Below are positions 26,378 through 39,928 of a stretch of DNA of 64,000 nt, piece by piece. The notes under the pieces were generated by a model. The model ran no database searches. It was not told the DNA's origin and saw only the letters and a program-made list of their open reading frames with translations. Every line of letters begins with the position of its first letter. Positions within the stretch are counted from its first letter, which is position 1. Source of the stretch: Octopus sinensis (Eukaryota); contig NC_043009.1 of NCBI RefSeq assembly GCF_006345805.1, positions 17,980,001-18,044,000 of the forward strand. Reading direction: 5' to 3'. A program made the position numbers and the translations under genes.

Positions 26378-26629
26378 CCCTTTTGTTACCAACCCAGCCA
26401 AAACCAACCCTGGCTCTGTAGTACAAATGTCTTGTTTTCATAAGTTTTGAATTAAAATCTTCCACCAAACCTTAGTCATAATTTATGTTTCTTTCAATCA
26501 TTTTTAAATATAACAAAGAATTTAGTAAAATAACTAAGTTATCATTGAGATAGTGTTACTAGCTGAATGATAACTTAGTTTTTTACTAAATTCTTTGTCA
26601 TATTTAAAATTAATACAGTAACAAAAGGG
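26378..26629. mobile_element. piggyBac-like MITE
   Basis: TTAA (26374-26377) CCCTTTTGTTAC...GTAACAAAAGGG TTAA (26630-26633); perfect 12-bp TIRs. Confidence 0.85.
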
Positions 26630-28744
26630 TTAAAGGGATCTAATTTAAAAGGGTTAAAGGGATCTCATTTAAAATGCCAAACTTTCTTGTTAATTTATGT
26701 TTGAAACATTAGTAAAGTTATTTTATTAAATTCTTCCATATTTTGAATAAAAACTGAAACAAGGGCAGTGTATTTCCTGATACTTAAAACTGACCAGTAC
26801 CAGAGAATTTTGCTTAACCATAATCTATAGATGACTATCTATGAAACATTTCCTCAGTGAATACAGCATCCTATGAGTCACTGTATGTTTAAGTGGATTT
26901 TGGACATAGGTCTGTGAAACTGGCGAGATGTCCTAATTTCTCAAACCAGAATTTAGTGAAAGGAAGTCATCTTAAAGTGCTTGACTGTCAAATGGAAGCA
27001 ATACCACTGGAGCTCAGCTTTCAATTAGTGACAACTTCAAGAAAAGAGCATGGGGAGTGCAGAGTGCAGAGGGAAAGAGTCCTAGTTAAGACAATTGTTT
27101 ATAAATTAGTCCTCATCCCATTCCCCCAAACCAAATAATGGTGAGACTACAGTTCTTTAAAGTAAAAAAAGCTTTTCAAGTAGCAGTTGTAGCAGCAACA
27201 AAAGATTTTTTTTTAATCATTATTGTCACTGACTCCCCTATTTTGCTGGAAAGAGTAGAATATGAAGGAACAATGTCCTGCCATTGTTTCCATCATTCAT
27301 CTCACCCTAGCCACCACAATATACCAGAGATTTATTACAGCTATTAACAAGTAGTGCAGAATCTAAATCAGCAGATAAACTACAAATGCTAGCAGTAAAA
27401 ATACCCACCACATCTAAGCTATCTATTATACATTTATTTAGAAAACTTTTCCTTGTTTAATGTAAAATATAAATATCTCTTAAAACATGAAGCACAGGCA
27501 AGTACTCGGCTCTAGTGTCATGGTATTCTATAAGATTTTCCCCTGTGTATTTACAGGTAAACCATTCTAGATTATCCAGAACCAAATTACCAACAACTAA
27601 GTGTACTGAATCAATGTAAAACCACACTGAAACACCTGTAGCAAACTAGAATTGCTGCTGGTGGACAAATAGTCTAATAGCTAATCCACCCATTAGCTAT
27701 TATTTCTAGCAGAGAGGCTGTCGTTGGCTGATTATCTCTTTTGGTACCAACCTGCCTGCAACTGCCCATCATTCTATGATATAATCTTTTTTTAAAGCGA
27801 TGTTTGAAATCTCAAAGCGATGACATAATGCATGATTAATTAGAAACATGCGAATAAATAAGGATTACATCTGACAATAATCTGAGAGATAAAGAGTAAG
27901 TAATAACGAAGTCATTTCATTAAATTCTCTATCATTTTCAAAATTAATTGAAACGAAGGCAATATAGTTTAACAGAAATTAGATTTTGAAAAAAGGGTTA
28001 ATGACAGAGTATGGTGGCTAAGAAATATAGATTAAATTAATGCTAATCATTTATAAATTATATTATAGGAAATAGCTGATGTATTCAGATGAAAGCTGCA
28101 TCAAAAATAACCAAAGTATTTAGGAACAGTCTCATGTAACTGGTACCGAGAGGTTAGGTTAGAATCTACAATGGAAAGATGTGAACTTAGTACAGCAAGC
28201 AAACAAAATCAGTGTACCCAGCTGCAAACATAGCTAAGGAGAACAACAGCATTAGAAACAGACTTTCTTGTTCAACGTAAGACTTGATGTTTGTTTAACA
28301 ATTTTCTGGGACATTTTTATTTAGAAGTCAATTAATAATTGACCTGATTGGAAGCGATCAATGTATAGTAAGTATATAGTATAGATGTGATTATATTGTG
28401 GCTTGTGACAAATGTGAAACATCGAGAGAATATATATGTCATTTTATAAAAAAAAAGTTTCATGTTTTAAAACAGCTGTGGTAGAAAAATGTTACAACAC
28501 CATACTGATGCAATCACTTCAGTGTAATGACAGTGGTTATTGTTTAGCTGCAAGTCAGCTCTGACTGAATCAGAGATGTTCTAATCTAAAGTATCAAACC
28601 ATGTCTACGACTATATTAACTGATGTGCATTTTTTTTTTTTTCTTTTAAAGATAGGAATATGAAGAGAATTATTAGGGAGATGTTTCTATGAGTGTCTCT
28701 TACTCTCATTAGAATAGGGCATGATGAATGTGACAGTTGAGAAA

Positions 28745-29075
28745 TCTTTTATTTTTTATTCATTTCAGTCATTAGACTGGGGCACCACCTTGAAGATTTT
28801 TCAGTTGAATGTATTGACATCAGTACTTACTTTTTTTCAAAGGCCTGATACTTATTCTATAGGTCATTTTGGCTGAACTGTTAAGTTATGGGGACGTAAA
28901 CACAGACACATGCATACGACAGGTTTCTTTCAGTTTCTGTCTACCAAATCCACTCACAAGGTTTTGGTTGGCCCAACACTATAGCAGAAGACTTACCCAT
29001 GGAGCCATACAGTGGGATTGAGTCTAGAATCATATGGTTGGAAAACAAGCTTTTTACCACACAGCTACACTTGCA
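28745..29075 (-). mobile_element. Family A SINE
   Basis: TTTCAGTCATTAGACTG...CTACCAAATCCACTCACAAGG...CTTTTTACCACACAGCTAC. Confidence 0.8.
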
Positions 29076-30049
29076 GCTAAATGATGACTAAATTGACACT
29101 TAAATATACTAAGTACAACTTGCCACTCTGTACAATATCTCTAAAGAGCAGGAAGAAAAACAAAATAAGCACCTGTTTCAATAGAAGAAAGATTTGTCAA
29201 TGTCTGACAGAGAGCAGTGAAAAACAGGCTTCAGTGATACATTTTGATAATTGACACACATGGAAGGAAGTGACTCCCCCCACTTCCCTTCCCCATTCTT
29301 TGAGTTCTACAGTGAACCATATTGAATAGACCTGAGGTAGAGAAAACTGTAAAGTGTAGTGAATGAGCAAAAGCAGATGTAAGTAATAGAAGATGGCTTT
29401 TAGAATTATATAAGTCCAATAATTCAAATATAGGTAGACAGTATTTCTGACTTTTTAGTTGATAGTTAGACAAGGCTGGACACACAGCAACAAAAGAGTC
29501 TTATATCACCAAACAGTCTAACACAGTTCTTTTTCCTCTCAGTCTCTCTGATAAAGACTAGTCGACTGCAGGGTATAAGGTTTGTATTTTCCACAGATAA
29601 AAGTGCCTCAGCTCAGAACTGAACCAGGTTACTGGTGTTACTGTTTTCAATAATAACACTGTTTATAATAGAGGAATATGGCCAAAAACTTGGTGCTCAG
29701 AATTTAGTCAAATGAAATAGACATCAGTACTTAACTGGATTGTCGAGGAATAAAAGCCAGTTAACCTGAGAGGGATGTGAACTTAGAAAGCAAAAAGCCA
29801 AAATAAATACTAAGCCATAACCTTTAATACTAATAATAATGGTAATAATAGCAGAAGTGAAATTTAAATCTTAGTTCATGGAGGGTATTGCCTTCAGTCC
29901 AATGTTCTTATAGCCACAGCAGTAGCAGTAACAGCAGAGTCATCTGGTAGGATGTAGTTAAATAAATTAATCTTACTACTGGTTTTATCATCCTACCTCT
30001 CTCTATCATTGGGATAAATGACAGAGTGTTAATCAGAGCAACAATGACT

Positions 30050-30470
30050 CTTTCTACTGGAGGGACAGAGCCCTCAAATTTGGTGGGAGGGGACTAGTCA
30101 CAATGACCCCAGTGTTTCACTGGAACTTAATTTATCGATGAAAGGCAAAGTCAACCTCGGCAGAATTTGAACTCAGAATGTAGCGGTAGACGAAATACTG
30201 CTAAAGATTTCGCCCAGTGTGCTAATAATTCTGCCAGCTCACTACCATAATAATAATCCTTTCTGCTATAGGCACAAGGCCTGAAATTTGAGGGAGGGAG
30301 TGGGCATTGTCAATTACACCAACCCCAGTGTGAAACAGGTACTTATTTTATCGACCCCGAAAGGATAAAAGGCAAAGCTGACCTAAGCAGAATTTGAACT
30401 CAGAATGCAGTGACAGGTGAAATACTACTAAGCATTTCATCCAGCACACTAACGATTCTGCTATCTTGCA
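30050..30470 (-). mobile_element. Two head-to-tail Meta-like SINEs
   Basis: CGGCAGAATTTGAACTCAGAA and AAGCAGAATTTGAACTCAGAA B-boxes, TTTATCGACCCCGAAAGGAT core, and a (TAA)n spacer. Confidence 0.8.
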
Positions 30471-30590
30471 ATAAGTGATGATCATGTTGATCATTTGAGC
30501 ATTTCAGTAAAAAGACAAGAATTCAACTTGTACAAGGAACAGGAAAATAAACTCAAACTTATATTAATTACTGAAAACTGGTTACAACTG

Positions 30591-30645
<55 letters not shown>

Positions 30646-30792
30646 AGAATATTCTACAAATTAAAAACATGGTTGGAATTGATATTTCAAATATTCAAGA
30701 TTTAAAGAATGCATTTATCAAATATGCAGAAACCACAAATTATAAGGGAAGATAAGGCATCAAATTTTGGCACTTAAAGAATGTCTCATCAT

Positions 30793-30829
<37 letters not shown>

Positions 30830-31376
30830 TGCATGCTTTAATGTGTGATGAATAGATATACAAAAATATACACATATACGTCTGATTTATATAAATACAG
30901 ACACACACATTATACATACACATATATAAAAGCAAATACATATACATTTTCACATAATTAAAATAATTTTATTTTTGTGCGCAGCTGCACTACTCCATCA
31001 GCCCTCCCTCTCACTATATCAACCACTACCAAACTAAGACAGCAAGCCCTTCCTCAAAAGGAGATGTATCTAGGCATGTGAGATTCTGGGAAAAGGGTAA
31101 AACAAACCAGTACAAATTTCCTGCACAGCTACATGTATGCACAAAGCATATGCAGAAAATACATCACTAACATAGAGATATAAACATATAAACCAAGAAC
31201 CAGAAAATATTTTATTATTCTTTGAGCAGGGCCATTTCCACATTGGTATCAAGAGGCTAAGTTTAGATAGTAGGTTAACGCTAAATAAATAAATAGTCAT
31301 ACCACTTTATATACACAATGCCTGAATGATACAGTTCTATATATAAGAGATGAGGAATTATGTACATTATTTTCAA

Positions 31377-31499
31377 TTGACGGATATTTGCCCTCATCTT
31401 GTTTGTTGTTAACACGTTTCAGCTGATATACCCTCCAGACTTCATCAGGTATCTTGGGGAAATGTGTTAACAAACAAGATGAGGACAAATATCCGTCAA
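31377..31499. repeat. Inverted repeat (~37-bp arms) flanking a hammerhead motif
   Basis: TTGACGGATATTTGCCCTCATCTTGTTTGTTGTTAACAC (31377-31415) versus GTGTTAACAAACAAGATGAGGACAAATATCCGTCAA (31464-31499). Confidence 0.85.
31410..31452 (-). ncRNA. Degenerate PLE-type hammerhead
   Basis: Minus strand: CUGAUGA A GUCUGG-AGGGUAUA-UCAGCU GAAAC GU G. Both core halves are present, stem II is imperfect, and H17=G is non-permissive. Confidence 0.55.
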
Positions 31500-32021
31500 A
31501 TGTAAATAATATAAATAATGCCTGAATGGTTAAGAATTTTGACTATCTTATAGTCTGGGGTTCAGTAACATCGGGTTGCACTTTGAGTGGTGTTTTGTAC
31601 TAGAACCGCAGACAGACCAAAGCCACGTGAAAGAATTTAGTAAAAAGAAACAACAGGAAGACCATAGTACACACACACACACACACACATATATACATAC
31701 AAACATGCATAACTGATGGTGTACACACATGTTTTTTATGTCAGCTTCCCCATACTTGCACAGGTCAGTCAAAACAAATGCTCTTGCAGAGAACCAACAC
31801 TCGAATGTATACACACACACATACACCAAAATGTATACAAACTTTAATGGCTTCGTATTTTTTTGTTGTACACGTTTCGTGACGTCATGTGCCCACACAC
31901 ACACACGTATAGATGTAAGTATGTACATATACATATGTGTATATGCATATATATATTATTTATATTATTACCTGATTGAATGCCATACATCCTCTTCCAA
32001 GTGTATATATATATATATATA

Positions 32022-32400
32022 TATTGTTTCAGTCATTTGACTGTGGCCATGCTGGAGCACCGCCATTAGTCGAGTGAATTGATCCTATGACCCATACCTT
32101 TGTAAGCCCAGTACCTATTCTATCCGTCCTCCTTTACAAAATGCTAAGTTGTGGGGACATGAACACACCAGCATCAGTTGTCAAGAAATGTTGTGGGGAC
32201 AAACAGACACACAAACATATACATACATCTTTATATACAATGGGCCTCTTCCAGCTTCCGTCTACCAAATCCACTCCCAAGGCCCAAGGCCCAAGGCTAT
32301 AGTAGAAGACACCTGCCCAACGTGCCACGAAGTGGGACTGAACCAGGAACCAAGTGGTTGGTAAGCAAAATACTTACCATACAGCCACTCCTGTGCCTAT
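32022..32400 (-). mobile_element. Family A SINE
   Basis: TTGTTTCAGTCATTTGACTGTGGCCATGCTGGAGCACCGCC...GGACTGAACCAGGAACC. Confidence 0.85.
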
Positions 32401-32459
32401 GTATATATATATATACATATTTATACGAATATATATATATGCATATGAATATATGTGGT

Positions 32460-32778
32460 GGTACAATGGCCCAGTTGTTAGGGCATCAGGCTTGCAATTG
32501 TAGGACAGCGTTTTTGATTTCCAGACAGGATGTTGTGAGTGAAACCTGCTGTACTCTTCCACCACAAATTTCTCTCATTTTTTCTTCCTGTTTCTGTTGT
32601 GCCTGTATTTCAAAGGGCCATCCTTGACGCATTCTGTGTCATGTTGAATCTTCCCAAGAAATACGTTAAGAGTACACGTGCCTGTGGAGAGCACAGCCAC
32701 TTACACAATTTCACAAGGAGGTTGTTCCGTTGAGTGAATGAACTGGAACCCTCATCGACGTAACCAATGGAGTACCAC
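32460..32778 (+). mobile_element. tRNA-derived SINE (family E)
   Basis: Head GGCCCAGTTGTTAGGGCATCAGG...TTGATTTCCAGAC; body CCTGTATTTCAAAGGGCC...CAGCCACTT...AACTGGAACCCTCATCGACG. Confidence 0.65.
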
Positions 32779-32782
32779 AATA

Positions 32783-32824
<42 letters not shown>

Positions 32825-32880
32825 TATATACACACACATACACACACATGTACATACTTACATCAGTACATATATGTATC

Positions 32881-33382
32881 TGTGGGCACAGGATGTCACA
32901 AAACATGTTCAACAAAAAATACCAAGTACAAGTACTTAGAATGTGGACTATTTTTTCGAACAACAAAAGACACAAATGGAAAACAAGACAAACAACAAAA
33001 GGAAGGCAAGTTCTTGTCTGTCTTCTGTCCAAGCTTGATTTACACATTTGCCACCAGAATCTCATTCAGGCTTAGCAACCCTTCCGGTTTGTTTTCACTG
33101 TCCTGTTTGTGTTACCTATTTAGACCCTCTGCAAAAATCCCAAATTTTATTTAATTTGCTTTGCGGGAGGAACTGTTTTATCGAACAAAAGTGTATATTG
33201 TTGTTAAATGCTTGAAATACAAGAGTAGAAAAACAGCCAACAACTGATGAAGGGTCGTTCTTTATGTTGTTTGTTTTGTTTTCCATTTGTGTCTTTCGTT
33301 GTTTGAAAAAATAGTTCATATTTTATGTACTCGTACTTCGTATCCCTTTTGTTATACATGTTTGTGACGTCCTGTGCCTACA
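32881..33382. mobile_element. Foldback element with ~120-bp imperfect inverted arms, flanked by microsatellites
   Basis: TGTGGGCACAGGATGTCACAAAACATG... versus ...CATGTTTGTGACGTCCTGTGCCTACA. Related pieces lie at ~31850-32000, ~49345-49590 (minus) and ~63586-63830. Confidence 0.7.
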
Positions 33383-33384
33383 TA

Positions 33385-33431
<47 letters not shown>

Positions 33432-34188
33432 AGACGTATGTGCATATACATATGTATATATGCATATATATTATATTATTATATGATTGAACACCACGCA
33501 CCCTTTTCCAAGTAAGTTTTATCTATATATTTATATACACACACACACACATATATATAATTTAACAGGAATGCTTAAAAATTAAGCTTACAGCATAAAA
33601 CTGGCAACAGTCACCAAACAATGAACAAATTGTTTCTTGATGTTGTGATTACATTGTTTGTGTTATCAGCAAAGTCTGAAGCAGAATGGCTATGGATTTA
33701 GAAATAGGGATTTGTAAAAAAATTAAATTTTGTCTGCAGGTTACATTGAAAATTTGGAAAAAGAAATCTATTTTGGTAAACACTGACTTTACAATCATTC
33801 GAGGACTGTATACGTCGGGGTGGGTGGGAGAGAGACACACACACAAGCTCTGTGTGCACATCATTACACTTCCATTCTTCCCTTGATTGTGCCCTTATTC
33901 TCAGACTATGCTACTTCCCCACCATCTTCGATATCATGTGACTAACGTATGGGAGCACACACCTATTGTGTGTATGATGTTTGCATTCTGCATCATTGCA
34001 TGAAAGTGTTGACCTAAAAATAATAACATCTGTTGTCACTATCAGCAAAAATTGTCCTCCAGGTAGAATTTTAGAAATTCCTCCCTTTAGACACGGATAA
34101 ATGTCCGTGACAGGAATGGCATACAACTGTAAAACAATACACCAATAGCTTATATTTGTGCTAACTGAGCTAACACAGAAAAAAGATT

Positions 34189-34249
<61 letters not shown>

Positions 34250-34253
<4 letters not shown>

Positions 34254-34618
34254 GTATATATCTATATCTCCATCTTTTCTTTTCGTTTTATTTGTTTCAG
34301 TCATTTGACTGCAGCCATGCTGGAGCACTGCCTTTAGTTGAGCAAGGACTTAAAGCTTAGTACTTATTCTATTGGTCTCTTTTGCCGAACCGCTAAGTTA
34401 CAGGCATGTAAACACACCAACATCAGTTGTCATGGGATTGGGGGTGGAGAGACAAACACAGACACACAAGCGTGTGTATATATATATACGATGGGCTTCT
34501 TTCAATTTCTGTCTACCAAGGCTTATAGTAGAAGACACTTGCCTATGGTGCTACATAGTGGGACTGAAACTGGAACCATGTGGTTGGGAAGCAAGCTTCA
34601 TACCCACAGCCATGCCTC

Positions 34619-34652
<34 letters not shown>

Positions 34653-35085
34653 CACACACACACCACACACGTATATATCTATATCTCCATCTTTTCTTTT
34701 CGTTTTATTTGTTTCAGTCATTTGACTGCAGCCATGCTGGAGCACTGCCTTTAGTTGAGCAAGGACTTAAAGCTTAGTACTTATTCTATTGGTCTCTTTT
34801 GCCGAACCGCTAAGTTACAGGCATGTAAACACACCAACATCAGTTGTCATGGGATTGGGGGTGGAGAGACAAACACAGACACACAAGCGTGTGTATATAT
34901 ATATACGATGGGCTTCTTTCAATTTCTGTCTACCAAGGCTTATAGTAGAAGACACTTGCCTATGGTGCTACATAGTGGGACTGAAACTGGAACCATGTGG
35001 TTGGGAAGCAAGCTTCATACCCACAGCCATGCCTCTGTGTGTGTGTGTGTGGTGTGTGTGTGTGTATATATACACACACACACAT
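34250..35085 (-). repeat. Tandem duplication (417-bp unit) of a family A SINE with its flanking microsatellites
   Basis: The ORF track repeats at +417 (34338/34755, 34372/34789). The non-microsatellite parts are identical by eye, including private deletions. Confidence 0.9.
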
Positions 35086-36199
35086 CGTAGGAAATGTTTT
35101 GTAATACTTGTTGCAGTACACTGTACTCTTATCTTTTTATTGTTGAGGTCAATCTTGCTCGTCAATCATTTGAAGTTCATAAAGGAAACTTGACAGTGTT
35201 CATTGCTGTGCTTTACACACTGATGGCAAAGTCTGTGATATTATGCCAAGCTATATCTGCCCTTGCCCTTCCAGTAGCAGTATAAAGGGGAGACTTACAT
35301 GATGGACACCAGCCGGTGTTCTATAGAAATGTTACACAGGCCTGCACCCTGGTGAGGAACTTCACAGGTTCTGTCCCTCTTACATGTGTATACACAGACA
35401 CACACACAAACATATCTAATCCAACTATGTTGACACAAAGTTCTATGTTTTCATAATTCTAAACATACTAGTCTTATTTACCCCACGTAAAAGAAAATCA
35501 GTATAAAATATCCACCCACACCCATAAACTAAATTGGTATAAAATATGCAGGCACACACATAAAACTAACTTTACAATCAGTATGTGTTATATGCTGCCA
35601 TTTCTGCACTTGTAGTTATTTGTTGACCTATCTTAAGGTGACCTCGTGTAAACACATTAGAAAATACTACAGTGTAAGAAATTAATATTTTGCACTTCCA
35701 TCTAACATACTCATATCACATTCTTTCATTGCTGTTTCCAACCCCCAATAATTTACACTGCATAATGTTACATATTGCTGCATTAGGTTGAAGAGAGACG
35801 GGCAGTTTTGTAAAAGTACAAGCTATTGGAATTCGTTGACAAGTTAGAAGCTGTTTCAAGTGAACAAAAGGTGCTGTGCTCTCACTACTCACAAACTGAT
35901 GCTTCATCATGAAGCTATGTTTAGAGGTTACTCATTATTCTAGCATATGTGCCATGCTACTCTCTGGTTTCAATAAACTTATATCATGGTAAAGGGGCTT
36001 GGTCAGGGCATCCTGTTTGGAATATATTTGAATGTCCATGTAAACTACTTTCAGGTTGCTGTTCATATATTTGGAGTGAGAACTGCTTTCACGATAAATT
36101 ACATTTATTGCTGAATAAAACCTAAAAAAATTTTGCAAATAGAACTCCTAACTAGCAATCAAATAACCTTATTAAGTGGCTTTGTTACGAAGGACCTTT

Positions 36200-36410
36200 C
36201 ACAAGTTGCTACCAACTTGCCTGTTGGACTCAAACGCCATGTTTTAAAGTAATCTAAATTAAAGACTTCCATCAAAATTCCATGCTAATTTAAGTTCCAA
36301 GCAGCAGTTTAATAATGACAAAATTATTTTACTAAATTCTTAATTATTTTAAAAATTAATTGAAACAAAGGGAAAGGATTTTAGCAGAAATACGGTGATG
36401 AAAGGGTTAA
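36200..36410. mobile_element. Partial TTAA-MITE; relatives at ~25080-25320, ~26660-26780, ~27800-28000, ~42330-42510
   Basis: Shared AAAATTAATTGAAACAAAGG-type segments or AAAGGGTTAA-like ends. Confidence 0.55.
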
Positions 36411-36934
36411 ACTAGTATTTGCTGGATGCTTATACTATGAAGAAATTGGAAATTTCACTATTATACTGCTGTATTTATATATTTAACAGTTGACTTCAAA
36501 CTACATATAGTCATAATGTTGGTGAATAGTGGCAAAACATCACTGTTAACCTTAGCTTCAAAAATGCAGGAAAAAAATGTGCCTACTTTCCTCACACAAT
36601 ATACAAATGTCCAAAACCATCCAACCTGTTTGATAAAGAAGAACAGAACACCCACACACAAAAGAACTCTTTTGTTACCATCATTTTGTAACTGTCTCTC
36701 TTTCTCCAGAATTGCAAAAGCTACAAAGTGGAGACTGTGTGTAGCTTTATGCATTAGACAGAAACAGTTTTTGAGATTTATTTAAAAGAAACTACAACTT
36801 TATCCGGATAATGCTACAAAAATAGTCTTATGGTCTCCCCAAAAATTCAATTTAGAAAGAAGTGGCAGTTTAGCACAAGCATAGCAGAATATCCAGTCTT
36901 AAAGAAACTAAAGTTCTGTTGAGAATTTATATTA

Positions 36935-37790
36935 TTCTTTTATTTGTTTCAGTCATTTGACTGCAGCCATGCTGGAGCACTGCCTCTAGTCGAAGAAATC
37001 GACCCCACGACATTCTTTGTAAGCCTAGTACTTATTCTATTGGTCCCTTTTGCCAAACTGCTAAGTTACAGTGATGTAAACACACCAACATCAGCTGTCA
37101 AGTGATGAGGAGGTGGGCACTCAGACATGCAAACACACTCACATATATGTAGTTTCCATCCACCAAAGCCACTGACAAGGCTTTGGTTGGCCTGGGGCTA
37201 TAGTAGAAGGCACCATGCAGTAGGACTGAACCCGGAACCATGTGGTTGGCAAGCAAGCTACTTACCATGATGAACATCTATATGAACACTGGTCAAAATT
37301 TGTGACAGAAATGTAATGTTTGAGGGATATAAAACTCTTTTTGTTTCCTGGATAACACCAAGCATTTCCTCAAATACTCAAAATTTAAATGTTTTTAAAA
37401 TATAATTTTCCTCTACAACTGCATTGGATTTGGATTTACAGGTCAGTAAAAGAAACAACACTTACAAAAACCTAAAAATACAGTTAAAATTTATTGGCAG
37501 ACCAAGAATCTATTAAGGACAATCATTTACAAAAATGGGTCTGATGAGTCAGTATTAAACTATATAATTTCCATATCTTTTACTCTTCTACTTGTTTCAG
37601 TCATTTGACAGTGGCCATGCTGGAGCACCGCCTTTAGTTGAGCAAATTGACCCCAGGACTTATTCTTTGCAAGCCTAGTACTTATTCTATTGGACTCCTT
37701 TACCGAACTGCTATATTACAGGGACGTAAACACACCAGCATCAGCGATGTTGGGAGAACAAACAGACACACACACATATTATATCATCAT
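36935..37790 (-). mobile_element. Two family A SINEs (~36935-37270 and ~37580-37790)
   Basis: Diagnostic TTTGTTTCAGTCATTTGAC...CATGCTGGAGCAC and TAGTACTTATTCTATTGG segments. Confidence 0.8.
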
Positions 37791-38290
37791 CATTTAACGT
37801 CCGTTTTCCATGCTAGCATGAGTTGGACGGTTCAACTGGGGTCTGGGAAGCCAGAAGGCTGCACTAGGCCCGGTCTGATCTGGCAGTGTTTCTACAGCTG
37901 GATGCCCTTCCTAACGCCAACCACTTCGTGAGTGTAGTGGGTGCTTTTTACGTGCCAGACAAGGCTGGCAGATGGCCACGATCGGATGGTGCTTTTTACG
38001 TGCCACCGGCACGGGGACCAGACGAAGCTGGCAACGGCCACGGTCAGATGGTGCTTATATATATATATATATCATCATCATCATCATCATCATCATCGTT
38101 TAACGTCCGTTTTCCGCGCTAGCACGGGTTGGACGGTTTGACCGGGGTCTGGGAAGCCAGAGGCCTCTCCAGGCTCCAGTCTGATCTGGCAGAGTTTCTA
38201 CGGCTGGATGCCCTTCCTAACGCCAACCACTCCGCGAGTGGATTGGGTGCTTTTTACGTGCCACCTGCACGGGCCGGGGGGTCCGGCATC
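37785..38290 (-). mobile_element. Two head-to-tail RTE 3'UTR copies
   Basis: (CAT)n-TTTAACGTCCGTTTTCC...GGATGCCCTTCCTAACGCCAACCAC at ~37785 and ~38085. The second copy retains many CpGs, so it is probably younger. Confidence 0.8.
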
Positions 38291-38660
38291 GGTCACAATC
38301 GGTTCGAGCTTTTCTAGAGTTGAGTTGGGGTGGGGGGGAGCAGGTAATATAGGGAAGCACCAGTGGGGAAGGTTGGGTAAGGAGGAACGATGACAAGGAA
38401 AGGGTTGGTGCAGAAGAAATAAAAACGTAGGATATCACGAGACGGGGAGGGGACTGGAAGGAGATGGTCGGATTGAGGCATGTGACAGATTCTAAACAGG
38501 AGGTAACGTAAGATCAGTGGGGCAGTTAATGAGCTGCGGTGCTAGCAGCTTGACTTGGTGGGGGGAAGGGGTAGTACACAGTGAAAGCATGTGAGAAGGA
38601 GGGGTAGGAGGGAGAGACACACGCAAAGGTGGGGGGGAGGAGGGCATATCCGGTGTAGAT

Positions 38661-38840
38661 GGTGAGAAGTGTTCACCGGTATTGGTGGTGAGAAGTGTTC
38701 ACCGGTATTGGTGGTGAGATGTGTTCACCGGTATTGGTGGTGGTGAGAAGTGTTCACCGGTATTGGTGGTGGGGGTGGGAGGGTGAGAAGTGTTCACCAG
38801 TATTGGTGGTAGGGGTGAGAAGTGTTCACCGGTATTGGTG
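38661..38840. repeat. 26-bp G-rich minisatellite, six units
   Basis: GGTGAGAAGTGTTCACCGGTATTGGT repeated with short G-rich linkers. Confidence 0.9.
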
Positions 38841-39046
38841 GGAGGGCGGGGAGACCGCCGAATGGCGGAAAAGATGGAAATTAAGGATTGAAGGATTAAA
38901 GGGTTAAATTTCGTAGAGAAAAGATAGGAAAAACGAAGCAGTTATTGTATGAGTACAGACGTTTAACAATAGTAACGAATGAGGTACGAAAGATAATGGG
39001 ATAAAATGTTTTTGCAACTTGCTGCGAATATGAAGGCCGGAAGCCG

Positions 39047-39774
<728 letters not shown>

Positions 39775-39775
<1 letters not shown>

Positions 39776-39928
39776 ATAGACTTTCGTCAACCAAATCCAC
39801 TCACATGGCTTTGGTCAGACCAAAGCCATAGTAGAAGACACTTGCCCAAGGTGCCATGCAGTGGGACTGAACCTGGGACCATGTAGTTGGTAAGCAAGCT
39901 ACTTACCACACAGCCACTCCTGCACCTA
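39775..39928 (-). mobile_element. Family A SINE 5' half
   Basis: GTAGAAGACACTTGCCCAAGGTGCCATGCAGTGGGACTGAACC...CTTACCACACAGCCACTCCTGCACC. Confidence 0.85.

Noticed and set aside
38661-38840. Palindromic direct repeats resembling a CRISPR array
   Set aside because: Spacers are absent or only a few G-rich bases, there are no cas genes, and the context is eukaryotic.
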